A DNA stretch of 64,000 nucleotides from Candidatus Abzuiibacterium crystallinum (GTDB lineage: Bacteria > Omnitrophota > Omnitrophia > Omnitrophales > Abzuiibacteriaceae): positions 1,286 through 65,285 of the forward strand of contig PCVY01000065.1 in the NCBI GenBank assembly GCA_002787155.1, read 5' to 3'. Each line of letters begins with the position of its first letter. The first letter of the stretch is position 1. The notes under the pieces are model-generated. The model worked only from the letters and a program-made list of their open reading frames with translations. It was not told where the DNA came from and did no database searches. Shown piece by piece: positions 9,782 to 18,432 of this stretch. Position numbers and translations under genes: made by a program.

Positions 9782-10374
9782 ACAAATTCTTGGCTACCAA
9801 GAATTCCGTTTCCAACAGCATTTTGCAATGGGTTTATATTGGTTATTAACCCTTTGTGGACAAAAGTCTGATAATCAACCGGCGATTGAAACTGATTCAT
9901 AATTTCCAATGAACCTAGAAAAGAGGGTGGTTCGTCACGCACAAAATAACGCATGCTTGACCAAACATAATCGACAGGATTGTCTACTAATTTGGCTTTG
10001 CATGGGTTTAGGTGAATATAGCGCGATAATTCTAAAAGATAGGTATCTTTATCAATAACAATCGATTTATATCTTCCTTGAAATAAATGACCAACTCGTT
10101 CGTGTCTATAATTAAATCGCATCGTATAAGTCCCAATTAATCTTTTCATAAAAACAGCGAGATTGGCCTGTTTGGTCTGAATGAGTAAATGAAAATGGTT
10201 GGGCATGATACAATAAGCATAAATAACAACTTCATCTTTCTCCGCACACTCAACCAATATGCTCAAAAACATACGATAGTCGTACTCTTCCCTTACAATT
10301 TCTCTCTTTTCGTTACCTCGAGAGAAAACGTGATAATAAGCACCTGGAAATTGTAGACGTAATGATCTTGCCAT
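9751..10374 (-). CDS. REP-associated tyrosine transposase (Y1/HUH, IS200-like)
   Basis: PGAYYHVFSRGN, YCIMPNHFHLL (HUH), GHLFQGRYKS, RYIHLNP (catalytic Tyr), WSS. Confidence 0.9.
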   Translation of the reverse strand: MARSLRLQFPGAYYHVFSRGNEKREIVREEYDYRMFLSILVECAEKDEVVIYAYCIMPNHFHLLIQTKQANLAVFMKRLIGTYTMRFNYRHERVGHLFQGRYKSIVIDKDTYLLELSRYIHLNPCKAKLVDNPVDYVWSSMRYFVRDEPPSFLGSLEIMNQFQSPVDYQTFVHKGLITNINPLQNAVGNGILGSQEFVQRLGVRSGT

Positions 10375-10465
10375 CAGAAATATGTGTGGGGAAACTTAAA
10401 AAAAACAGCTGTGGGAGATAACTAATATTACTCATCCGTCTATAAAAGTCAATCAAAAAAAATCT

Positions 10466-10492
10466 TGGGGTCAGGTCCGGGACCTGACCCCA
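10466..10492. repeat. REP palindrome copy 2
   Basis: TGGGGTCAGGTCC-G-GGACCTGACCCCA, the reverse complement of copy 1. Confidence 0.9.
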
Positions 10493-12195
10493 CGGAAAAA
10501 AGATTCGATTTCGGAGGCGGAGCGGGTATTTAAAACGTGTTTTTTATCCAGCCATCCTTTTCGGGCAATGCCGACACCAAAACAAATGTCCCCTAACCCT
10601 TCGGGATCGTGGGCATCCGGATTAATGCTGGTCAAAAGCTTGCGTTCACCGAGGCTTTTGAGCAAACGCCAGTCAAGATCCAAGCGATGCGGATTGGCAT
10701 TGAGTTCAATCACGCAGCGATTCTTTTCGCATTCGTCAAAAATCTCCTCATAATCGAGATCATACCCGGCTCTGCCGAGCAGCAAGCGGCCGGAAATATG
10801 CCCAATCATGGTGGTATAAGGATTCTGAGCAGCGCGGATGAGCCGTTTGGTCATTTGGCCGCGGTTCATGCCGAAACGGCTGTGAACGGAGGCAATGATA
10901 AAATCAAACGTTTTAAGAATTTTGTCGGGGTAATCGAGCGAGCCGTCTTCTAGAATGTCTGATTCGATCCCCTTAAAAATCTTTATCTTCTTAAATTTTT
11001 TCTGCAGCCGATCTATTTCTTGGTGCTGCGATTCAATCCGTTTTGCCGAAAGTCCGTTGGCATAATGAGCCGATTGGGAATGATCGCTGATGCCGATATA
11101 CGCATGCCCCAGATCTTGTGCGGTTTGAACCATCGTCTCAAGACTGGCACTGCCGTCCGAATACGTTGAATGGGCGTGAAAAATGCCTTTGATGTCTTTT
11201 ATCTTGAGAAGAATGGGCATTTTCTCCTTTTTGGCTGCTTCTATTTCACCCATATTTTCACGTAATTCCGGCTCAATGTAAGCCATCCCGAGTTTTTCAT
11301 AAATAGCAGCTTCTGAACGGCAAGGAACTAATTTGCTGCCTTTAAACAATCCGTATTCGTTCATTTTAAGGCCGCGCTGTTTGGCAAGCGTCCTGAGGGC
11401 CACGTTGTGTTCTTTTGATCCCGTAAAGTGCTGGAGCGCATAAGGATATTCAACGGAAGAAACAGTCCTTAAATCAACCGGAAGACCGGATTTCAGAATC
11501 ACACTTGATTTGGTCTCACCTTGCGCCACTATGCGCTCCACGTTCGGAAACGATGCAAACTGCTTGTGAACGGCAGCGTGTTTAGCAGCAGCGGCTAAGA
11601 TGTCAATATCATGCACAATTTCTTTGTGCCGCCGCAAACTTCCGGCGATGGCAATGGCTTTCACTTCTTTGTGCTTTTTTAAAAATGCAACCAATTCAAG
11701 CGCTTCATGGCTTGCCTGTGAGACCAAGAAGAAACCTTTGGTCTTTTGATAATGTTCGATTCCTTGTAAAATTTTTTGCTGCGACTTTTCGCCAAAACCT
11801 TCCAACGCGAGCAATCGGTTTTCTTTGCAGGCATATTGAAGTTCGGCGATGTTTTTAACGTCTAACTTTTCATAAAGCGTTTTAGCACGTTTAGGACCAA
11901 CACCCGGAATATGAAGAATCTCCAAAAAACCTTCCGGAAAGGATTTTCTAAGTTCATCGTGATCTTTGGAATAGCCTTTTTTGTAAAGTTCTTTGATGAG
12001 TTCCGAAATACCCTTACCGACACCGGGAATTTTGGTGAGTGTGTCGCTTTCGGCTAAAACTTCGAGATTTTCGTTAACGGATTCAATCGACCTGGCAGCG
12101 TTTTGGAACGCCCGCACACGGAAAGGATTAGCGCTCTTGAGTTCCAAGAGCACTGCCATTTCTTCTAAGATCTCTATAACTTTGTTGCGGTCCAT
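10471..12195 (-). CDS. polX: DNA polymerase X / PHP 3'-5' exonuclease
   Basis: NPFRVRAF, GSLRR...DIDIL, FTGSKEHN, HAHSTYSDG, SDHS, ELNANPHRLDL, INPDAH. Confidence 0.95.
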   Translation of the reverse strand: MDRNKVIEILEEMAVLLELKSANPFRVRAFQNAARSIESVNENLEVLAESDTLTKIPGVGKGISELIKELYKKGYSKDHDELRKSFPEGFLEILHIPGVGPKRAKTLYEKLDVKNIAELQYACKENRLLALEGFGEKSQQKILQGIEHYQKTKGFFLVSQASHEALELVAFLKKHKEVKAIAIAGSLRRHKEIVHDIDILAAAAKHAAVHKQFASFPNVERIVAQGETKSSVILKSGLPVDLRTVSSVEYPYALQHFTGSKEHNVALRTLAKQRGLKMNEYGLFKGSKLVPCRSEAAIYEKLGMAYIEPELRENMGEIEAAKKEKMPILLKIKDIKGIFHAHSTYSDGSASLETMVQTAQDLGHAYIGISDHSQSAHYANGLSAKRIESQHQEIDRLQKKFKKIKIFKGIESDILEDGSLDYPDKILKTFDFIIASVHSRFGMNRGQMTKRLIRAAQNPYTTMIGHISGRLLLGRAGYDLDYEEIFDECEKNRCVIELNANPHRLDLDWRLLKSLGERKLLTSINPDAHDPEGLGDICFGVGIARKGWLDKKHVLNTRSASEIESFFRGVRSRT

Positions 12196-12200
12196 GTGTC

Positions 12201-12410
12201 ATCCGGAACTCGTGATCCGCGGCCTGTGACCTGTTATTTGTTAAAGCGTTTTGAGAAGGTTAACAAGCATTCTCATTTCATGGTTCAAAGATTCCAAAAG
12301 AATTTGTTTTTGATCAAATGAAAGATATTCTCTCTTACTGGCAATCACTGCTTGTGTTTCTAATTCGGCACAGATGAACTCCCACCGGGACACGGGGAAC
12401 TGGCCGCTGG
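12201..12410. repeat. Degenerate 7-mer inverted arms around the four-helix remnant
   Basis: ATCCGGA ACTCGTG ATCCGCG GCCTGTG ACCTGTT (12201-12235) and CACCGGG ACACGGG GAACTGG CCGCTGG (12383-12410). Confidence 0.55.
12241..12372 (-). pseudogene. Remnant C-terminal third of a four-helix-bundle (23S rRNA IVP/bAvd-like) gene
   Basis: Hand translation CAELETQAVIASKREYLSFDQKQILLESLNHEMRMLVNLLKTL* matches the family pattern (GS)xxELETQ..IA...Y....E.RML..L.K.L; N-terminal part is missing. Confidence 0.75.
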
Positions 12411-12481
12411 TTAAATAACATCCTCTTTACTTGTATTATTATATCACTACAATGTTGGCACAAACTACCAGGGAGTAAAAC

Positions 12482-13510
12482 ATGCAGGCAGTCATTATTC
12501 AAGAGCATGGCGGGCCGGAAAAATTGACCTACACGGAAGTGCCCATGCCTAAAATTGATCCCGACGAAGTGCTCATCAAAGTACATGCATGTGCTTTAAA
12601 CCATTTGGATATTTGGACACGCCAAGGTTTGCCCGGTGTCCAAATCCCCATGCCGCATATTTTGGGATGCGACATCATGGGCGAAATTGCAGCCAAAAGC
12701 GAAGACACGCAAGAATTTCAGATCGGCGAGCGCGTGATTGTTTCTCCCGGGTTGATTTCGGATGAAGATCCGTTGGCCGAAACCAAATGGGAATCACTCT
12801 CTTCCGGTTATCAAATTATTGGTTTTCAAATTGACGGCGGGTATGCGGAATATGTCAAAGTGCCCGTCCGAAACGTGATTCCGGTTTCCAATCGCTTAAA
12901 AGACGACGAGTGGGCGGCGCTGCCTCTTGTTTTTCTGACAGCTTGGCACATGCTGGTAACGCGTGCGGCGGTTCAAAAAGGAGAAACCGTTTTAATTCAC
13001 GCTGCCGGAAGCGGTGTCGGGACTGCCGGTATTCAAGTGGCCAAGCATTTAGGGGCGTGTGTGATTACGACAGCGGGAACCGATGAAAAATTAGAACGGG
13101 CGAAAGAAATCGGGGCCGATTTTACGATTAATTACAAAAAGAAAGATTTCGCCGATGAAGTGCGCAGACTCACAAATCAGGAAGGTGTGGATGTGGTGCT
13201 TGAACACATCGGCCCGGAAACATTTGTGAAGAGTTTAGCTTCTTTAAAGAAGAAAGGCCGCCTTGTGACTTGCGGTGCTACCAGCGGGCCCAATGTTCAA
13301 TTAGACCTTCGATTCATTTTTATGCGCCAGCTGGCCGTCATGGGCTGTTACATGGGCGGTATTGAAGAATTGCGTGAAGTGGTCAAACTGGCTGAATCAG
13401 GGGTTTTTAAACCGGTTGTTGATAAGGTGTTCCCGCTTAAAGAGGCACGGGCTGCTCATGAGCGTATGCAGAAACGTGAAAATTGTGGGAAAATAGTGCT
13501 GAAAATATAG
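12482..13510 (+). CDS. Zinc-binding dehydrogenase / quinone oxidoreductase (MDR family)
   Basis: ALNHLD, PHILGCD, GGYAEY, AAGSGVG, GATSG, GKIVL. Confidence 0.9.
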   Translation: MQAVIIQEHGGPEKLTYTEVPMPKIDPDEVLIKVHACALNHLDIWTRQGLPGVQIPMPHILGCDIMGEIAAKSEDTQEFQIGERVIVSPGLISDEDPLAETKWESLSSGYQIIGFQIDGGYAEYVKVPVRNVIPVSNRLKDDEWAALPLVFLTAWHMLVTRAAVQKGETVLIHAAGSGVGTAGIQVAKHLGACVITTAGTDEKLERAKEIGADFTINYKKKDFADEVRRLTNQEGVDVVLEHIGPETFVKSLASLKKKGRLVTCGATSGPNVQLDLRFIFMRQLAVMGCYMGGIEELREVVKLAESGVFKPVVDKVFPLKEARAAHERMQKRENCGKIVLKI

Positions 13511-13644
13511 GGTTTAGCGTATACGGAATAAAATCTGAAAGCATTTATGTGTCATGCCCGTCAGCCAAAAGACTGCTTCGTCCTATGGCGGAAAAACGTG
13601 CGGGAATCACATTGAATCCTAAACGCTATACACTAAACGCTATA
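13506..13644. repeat. 7-mer inverted-arm cassette (no ORF inside)
   Basis: TATAGGG TTTAGCG TATACGG ... CCTAAAC GCTATAC ACTAAAC GCTATA. Confidence 0.6.
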
Positions 13645-13747
13645 AAAACCCTTGATTTCTAAAAACGGAAAACTATAATAACTACTCAGGCATTTTCAAT
13701 AGTTCTTTTGTTTGTCTATCCACCTATTAACCAGCAAGGAGAATTCG

Positions 13748-14248
13748 ATGAGGAAATGGTTGTCACTCGCCTTAATTACTTTTCTTTTAACAACGCCGAT
13801 GGCACACGCAGAGGATGTGTGGTCGATGGCACAATCCCCGCATTATGGCCGCAAAGCAGGCGGTATGTTTTTACGTGGTTTATTAAATGTGGTGACTTCT
13901 CCGGTTGATCTGGTAGTAGGAACTGTTACCGGCACGAAAGAAGGCCCTCCTCTGGTTGGGTTTATGACGGGTCTAGGCAAAGGCGTGGGCTGCACGGTTG
14001 TGCGTGCACTCTCCGGTGCTTTGGATGTGGTCACCTTCTGGGTGCCTTATTTCAATGGTTATCCGCCATGCAAATCTTATGCGGACTGTTTGAACTGCGC
14101 GCCGCAAATTCCGGCCGAACGCGCTTATGCGCCGCAACAAGTTTATCAACCACAGCAGCCGGCTTATGAGCCGCCGCCCGCTGTGGTAAAACAGGCAGCA
14201 CCGGCACCGCAAAAAGACGAAAGCCCGATGCGTTACATTAAGAAGTAG
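13748..14248 (+). CDS. Exported protein resembling exosortase-system-associated TIGR04073 family, with Pro/Gln tail
   Basis: AAGGAG RBS; signal peptide ending AHA; RGLLNVVTSPVDL...GLGKGVGCTVVRALSGALDVVTF. Confidence 0.6.
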   Translation: MRKWLSLALITFLLTTPMAHAEDVWSMAQSPHYGRKAGGMFLRGLLNVVTSPVDLVVGTVTGTKEGPPLVGFMTGLGKGVGCTVVRALSGALDVVTFWVPYFNGYPPCKSYADCLNCAPQIPAERAYAPQQVYQPQQPAYEPPPAVVKQAAPAPQKDESPMRYIKK

Positions 14249-14258
14249 TTTTCACTCC

Positions 14259-14284
14259 TGGGGTCAGGTCGGGGTCTGACCCCA
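14259..14284. repeat. REP palindrome copy 3 (variant)
   Basis: TGGGGTCAGGTCGGGGTCTGACCCCA. Confidence 0.8.
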
Positions 14285-14290
14285 CGCATA

Positions 14291-14322
14291 AAAAAAGACG
14301 GTTCATATGAACCGTCTTTTTT
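14291..14322. terminator. Bidirectional intrinsic terminator
   Basis: Perfect palindrome AAAAAAGACGGTTCATATGAACCGTCTTTTTT between convergent genes. Confidence 0.8.
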
Positions 14323-14344
14323 ATTTGACACATTAGCCCTCTAC

Positions 14345-15901
14345 TTACTTTTTTTTACGTTTCAAAATCGCATAATTATTCCATTTCTGAACCGGCTCGT
14401 AATTCTGTACAACCCAATCGCGCAATCTCAAATACTGAATGATAAACGTCACCTGGAATCTTTTGAAACGATGAGTGATAATCCAATCTGGTGGATTATC
14501 TATGATATGTTGACGAACTGTTTCCAATTGTTCTCCTGGTGCTGGGATATCTTTTTCGCTAAACATAAATGGAACACCTTTGTAACTATCTCGCCCCGAC
14601 AAAGCATAAATAATTTGAAGATCCGATAATACCAACACTTGTTCTTCTTTAGGTACCTGCTTCAAAAATTGTACGATGATATCAATGTCTTCGCCGTCCT
14701 CTTTTTGAAACATCCAGCCTTGAAGCGCTTTTGTTTTAAGTGGATAATCCCCAAAAGGACTTCCAGAATAACTCCACACTTTCAATTCAAGTCCATATAC
14801 AATTGATTTTAGAATAAATAAGCTGGTTAGAACACTTAACCAAATAACCCCACGTTTAAAATCATGCTTCTCTTTCGATTTGATTTTCGGAGCAACTTTT
14901 GAAATTAAAATAAACCCTAATGCACAAGCCAGCCCCCATAGAGGCACATTAGCATCACGCAACATAGAACCAGTCAAGATTGAAAATACGCCAACGAATA
15001 AGATGCCTACAAATATAAATAATTCTCTTTTAAACTGTAAAACGTGTTTTTTGCATGCCCATATGACAATCAGACCGATCAACCAATAATAATTTCTAAA
15101 CCAGCTAATGGGCGTTAATATATAAAGCAACCGTCTTTTCTGAAAAAACGTGCTTTGCACAAAAGCGTAGTTGAGAAAAGCTTGATTGAAGTATTTGTCT
15201 GGCACGCCTAATAGTAAAAGAATAATCAACACGGTTGATATAGTTCCTACTAAATACATTAAACATATTTTCTTATTGCACGTGAAAAAGAAAGTAATGG
15301 TGAAAATGAATATATAAGCTAAACCAATATTTGATTTTGACAAAAACGAAAGCCCTGTGAGAATTCCGATAAAAAAGGATGTACCATTATTTCGCCCACT
15401 GTCACCTTCTTTTAGACTCAACACCAATAGAACGGTTGCTAAAATACCCCATAAATGTGCTGTTTGATCATACCAGGGGTGAGAGATGGGCCAGTAAAAA
15501 CATGTGGCGGTCAATAAAGTGACAAGTAGTGTTTGGAGGGTACTCACAAAGTGGCGGCTCAAGAGAAAAGTGGCGAAGGTAACGAGAGAACTTATCGCTA
15601 TCAAATGTGCAAGAATAGCTTCTTTGCTAAAATTGAATATCTGAAAGAAGAATGCTTGTAAATAAAGATGAATTGGCCCCGTAAAATACATGAAATCAAT
15701 ATAAGGAATTTGCCCCTTATAAACACGCCAGCCTCCATCCAAAAATGCCCCCATATCAAAGATATTAAACCCACGAAAAGCGTTACAGCTAAGAAACCAT
15801 CCATTCACAGCAAGTGTGGCTACCAAGCCAATAAACCCAATCTGTTCGTTCTGGTTTTTTTTCTGTGATTTCATAGGTTGTAGCTTTATTTTACTTATCA
15901 T
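14345..15901 (-). CDS. Polytopic membrane protein, GT-C fold glycosyltransferase-like
   Basis: FDMG...GWRVYKGQIPYIDF.YFTGP first-loop motif, SFLSKSNIG, more than 10 TMs, periplasmic C-terminal domain; AT-rich. Confidence 0.6.
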   Translation of the reverse strand: MISKIKLQPMKSQKKNQNEQIGFIGLVATLAVNGWFLSCNAFRGFNIFDMGAFLDGGWRVYKGQIPYIDFMYFTGPIHLYLQAFFFQIFNFSKEAILAHLIAISSLVTFATFLLSRHFVSTLQTLLVTLLTATCFYWPISHPWYDQTAHLWGILATVLLVLSLKEGDSGRNNGTSFFIGILTGLSFLSKSNIGLAYIFIFTITFFFTCNKKICLMYLVGTISTVLIILLLLGVPDKYFNQAFLNYAFVQSTFFQKRRLLYILTPISWFRNYYWLIGLIVIWACKKHVLQFKRELFIFVGILFVGVFSILTGSMLRDANVPLWGLACALGFILISKVAPKIKSKEKHDFKRGVIWLSVLTSLFILKSIVYGLELKVWSYSGSPFGDYPLKTKALQGWMFQKEDGEDIDIIVQFLKQVPKEEQVLVLSDLQIIYALSGRDSYKGVPFMFSEKDIPAPGEQLETVRQHIIDNPPDWIITHRFKRFQVTFIIQYLRLRDWVVQNYEPVQKWNNYAILKRKKK

Positions 15902-15919
15902 GCTTAGAAAACTGGTTGG

Positions 15920-17653
15920 TTACCTTGCCTCACTTGCGTCATAGTACAGCCCATCATCAAATAGAAGCGTTTCAGGATACTTTTCTATCGACCGGTTGTA
16001 AGCTCTTTGTTTCTTAATTGTTAACTTGAGATAAGACAACGCTTGAAAGTCATTTTGATAACTAAGTCTAAATGCACGATAAAATTGTTCCGTTGCTTTC
16101 ATCTTTAAATCTAATTCCAGAAACGCTAACCCAAGATTCAGCGCGGCAGATTTCGCTCCCTCAAAATTCTGGCTTGCTTTTTCGTAGTACGAAACAGCCT
16201 TTTGAGGGTTATTTCTAATAAATAATTCCAAATTTCCTAAGTTCACATAACTAATGTAGTCCTGAGGAAATATTTCAATGCTTTTGAGTAATTGCCTCTC
16301 TGCGCGATGATAATTTGCGGTTCTTGCTAACAAGCTGCCAAGATGGGAGTGTGCTAGAAAAGAATTTGGATTTTTCTTTAAAGTGTCTGTCCATAAACTA
16401 TCTATATTTTTAAAACTCAATGAACGCTTTACAGTTAATAAACCAATAACTGATACAAAAACACAAATAATAAAGAAATAGAGAAGTCTATAGTATTTGC
16501 TACTTAGAAATCTTAACCCATTGCTTACGGAAGCTGAAAATAACACAATTGGCCCAATGCTAGCTAAGTATTGAAAATGATCAGCAACAAAAGAAAATAA
16601 CATGGGATACACATTAAAAAATCCTAACGCCGGAACTAAAGTAATAAAGAAGAAAGTAAACGCCACAAATAACCCTTTCCCCAATCGATTTCGCAATATC
16701 CAACTAGTCATCATCAATACAATTGCAAACACTGGGAATAGCCATTGGAACGGATCATTGACGTTAATACTCCATTTAGGGTAAACAAAACTCAGATTTA
16801 TTGGATAGATTAATTTTCCCAAATAAAACCAAAATGCTCTGCCAGCAATGATTACTTTTTCTGGTAGGGAAAATGCCCAAGCTTCCCCGACTGCTCCTAC
16901 TTTGTATTTTTCGAGGAAAATAGTCAACAGACCCATCATAAAACCAAAAAGGAAAAAAGGTAATAACCGAAAGACTTCTTTACGCCAATCAACATCTTCC
17001 TTTCTCCACCAAATTAAGAGCGCAACAATAACAGGTAACGTACAAGTAATTGTTTTACAATGTAAAGCGCAAATATAATAAAGAAGGCAAAGAAAATAGT
17101 ATTTCTTCTGACTTCTGGTTGCATTTGTTTGATTATCTAAATGCCAAAAACGTATTGCCATGAGAATAGAAAGAAGGTAGAAGAAGGTGGACAACACATT
17201 CTTTAATTCACTAATCCAGATTACTGATTCTGCATGAACAGGATGCAAAACAAACAGTGACGCACCTAACCATGCACCTGGTATTCGAAATGATCTTAAT
17301 ATTCTCCATAACAAAACGCCGTTACAAGCATGAATCAAAATATTGAACAAGTGAAAAGAATGTGGATCTGGCCCAAAAAGTTGAAACTCAAGCCATAACG
17401 TTGTGTGAACTAACGGATAATATTGAAGCATTGCTCCAGGCTCAAACCATATGAGCTGGATACCTCCTAATGTCTGGATAATAGGATTATGAAAAATAAT
17501 CTGATCATCATCCCATATAAAATCAAAATAAGTGGCAGGTATATAAACAACTAGCACGATGAAGAAAAGCAGGAGTGCAAGAAGTAAGTTTTTCTGTCGT
17601 TGATCGTTGAGAGGCTTATATTTGAGAAAATCCGATATGTGGGTTTTAAACAT
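15920..17653 (-). CDS. TMTC-like GT-C glycosyltransferase (O-mannosyltransferase-like) with C-terminal TPRs
   Basis: FIWDD, YYPL, FHLFNILIHACN, LHPVHAESVIWIS, VADHFQYLA, LWTDTLKKNP, then TPRs; start placed after the pilin terminator. Confidence 0.75.
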   Translation of the reverse strand: MFKTHISDFLKYKPLNDQRQKNLLLALLLFFIVLVVYIPATYFDFIWDDDQIIFHNPIIQTLGGIQLIWFEPGAMLQYYPLVHTTLWLEFQLFGPDPHSFHLFNILIHACNGVLLWRILRSFRIPGAWLGASLFVLHPVHAESVIWISELKNVLSTFFYLLSILMAIRFWHLDNQTNATRSQKKYYFLCLLYYICALHCKTITCTLPVIVALLIWWRKEDVDWRKEVFRLLPFFLFGFMMGLLTIFLEKYKVGAVGEAWAFSLPEKVIIAGRAFWFYLGKLIYPINLSFVYPKWSINVNDPFQWLFPVFAIVLMMTSWILRNRLGKGLFVAFTFFFITLVPALGFFNVYPMLFSFVADHFQYLASIGPIVLFSASVSNGLRFLSSKYYRLLYFFIICVFVSVIGLLTVKRSLSFKNIDSLWTDTLKKNPNSFLAHSHLGSLLARTANYHRAERQLLKSIEIFPQDYISYVNLGNLELFIRNNPQKAVSYYEKASQNFEGAKSAALNLGLAFLELDLKMKATEQFYRAFRLSYQNDFQALSYLKLTIKKQRAYNRSIEKYPETLLFDDGLYYDASEAR

Positions 17654-17662
17654 AAAAACAAA

Positions 17663-17700
17663 TGCCTGGGGTAAAAGTTTTTTCTCTTTCCCCCCAGGCA
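17663..17700 (-). terminator. Stem-loop downstream of the pilin gene
   Basis: TGCCTGGGG...CCCCAGGCA followed by a T-rich tract on the minus strand. Confidence 0.6.
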
Positions 17701-17723
17701 CTTTTGGTAAACTGCTTTGATTA

Positions 17724-18191
17724 TTATTGACCTTTTAAAATCACATTTGCATCATAAGGTCCATCTTTACCATAACAATTGGCCGAACCACCGACATAAT
17801 TACCATTCCCAGGAAATAATGTAATGGTATCACCCACACAAGGCGTTGGTGCATTAGAAGCATTTAATCTTGTAGCAACCACGCTATTGGTAGGAGAGGC
17901 AAACGACCAATTTACCGTATTCGGACTACCGTTAAGACCTAATGCGTTCTGCTGAGCTGCATTGGTCACATCTAGCCAGCCAGCTGCACTACCCCCCCGC
18001 ATTTGTTGCGCGGCGGATAAACTGCGACCTAAAATACCCAAGGCATTGCCTGCCTCTGCAACACGTGCTTTTTCAGGCTGCGCAATCAATTTTGGAAGGA
18101 CTAAAGCTGCGATAATACCTAGAATCACGATGACGATTAAAAGTTCGACCAGCGTGAATCCCTTTCTTTTAGTTAAGTTAGATAGCTTCAT
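17724..18191 (-). CDS. Type IV pilin (probable major pilin)
   Basis: KG/FTLVELLIVIVILGIIAALVLP; C-terminal Cys pair; GGAGG RBS; own sigma70 promoter and terminator. Confidence 0.85.
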   Translation of the reverse strand: MKLSNLTKRKGFTLVELLIVIVILGIIAALVLPKLIAQPEKARVAEAGNALGILGRSLSAAQQMRGGSAAGWLDVTNAAQQNALGLNGSPNTVNWSFASPTNSVVATRLNASNAPTPCVGDTITLFPGNGNYVGGSANCYGKDGPYDANVILKGQ

Positions 18192-18272
18192 TTGATTCCT
18201 CCATTTTCCCCATTGGTACGGGGTCATTTATCCTGCAAAATTGCAGGTGCTTATTATTAAGCCTGTTTTTTC

Positions 18273-18291
18273 CTTGGGGTCTGACCCCAAG
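18273..18291. repeat. Short REP palindrome copy 4
   Basis: CTTGGGGTC-T-GACCCCAAG; same outer arms as the RAYT REPs. Confidence 0.7.
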
Positions 18292-18301
18292 ATCATACTT
18301 A

Positions 18302-18330
18302 ATTATGCATTTAAAGAAAGACGATGTCAA
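18302..18330 (-). promoter_or_regulatory. Sigma70-type promoter of the pilin gene
   Basis: TTGACA-N17-CATAAT on the minus strand. Confidence 0.65.
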
Positions 18331-18432
18331 ATAACCAAAAACACATGGATAAACTTCCTAAAGTGATTGAGTAAGTCCTGATAGTTTTTAACGGCGTTGC
18401 ACCATAAAACTAAAGAAAGAATTATATAAGCC

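Larger units (their letters stand above)
9746..10492 (-). mobile_element. RAYT locus: REP-associated tyrosine transposase bounded by two inverted REP palindromes
   Basis: AT-rich transposase gene between two near-identical 27-nt palindromes in opposite orientation. Confidence 0.8.

Noticed and set aside
9746-18291. CRISPR array from the palindromic repeats
   Set aside because: Copies are dispersed with no regular spacers, and there are no cas genes
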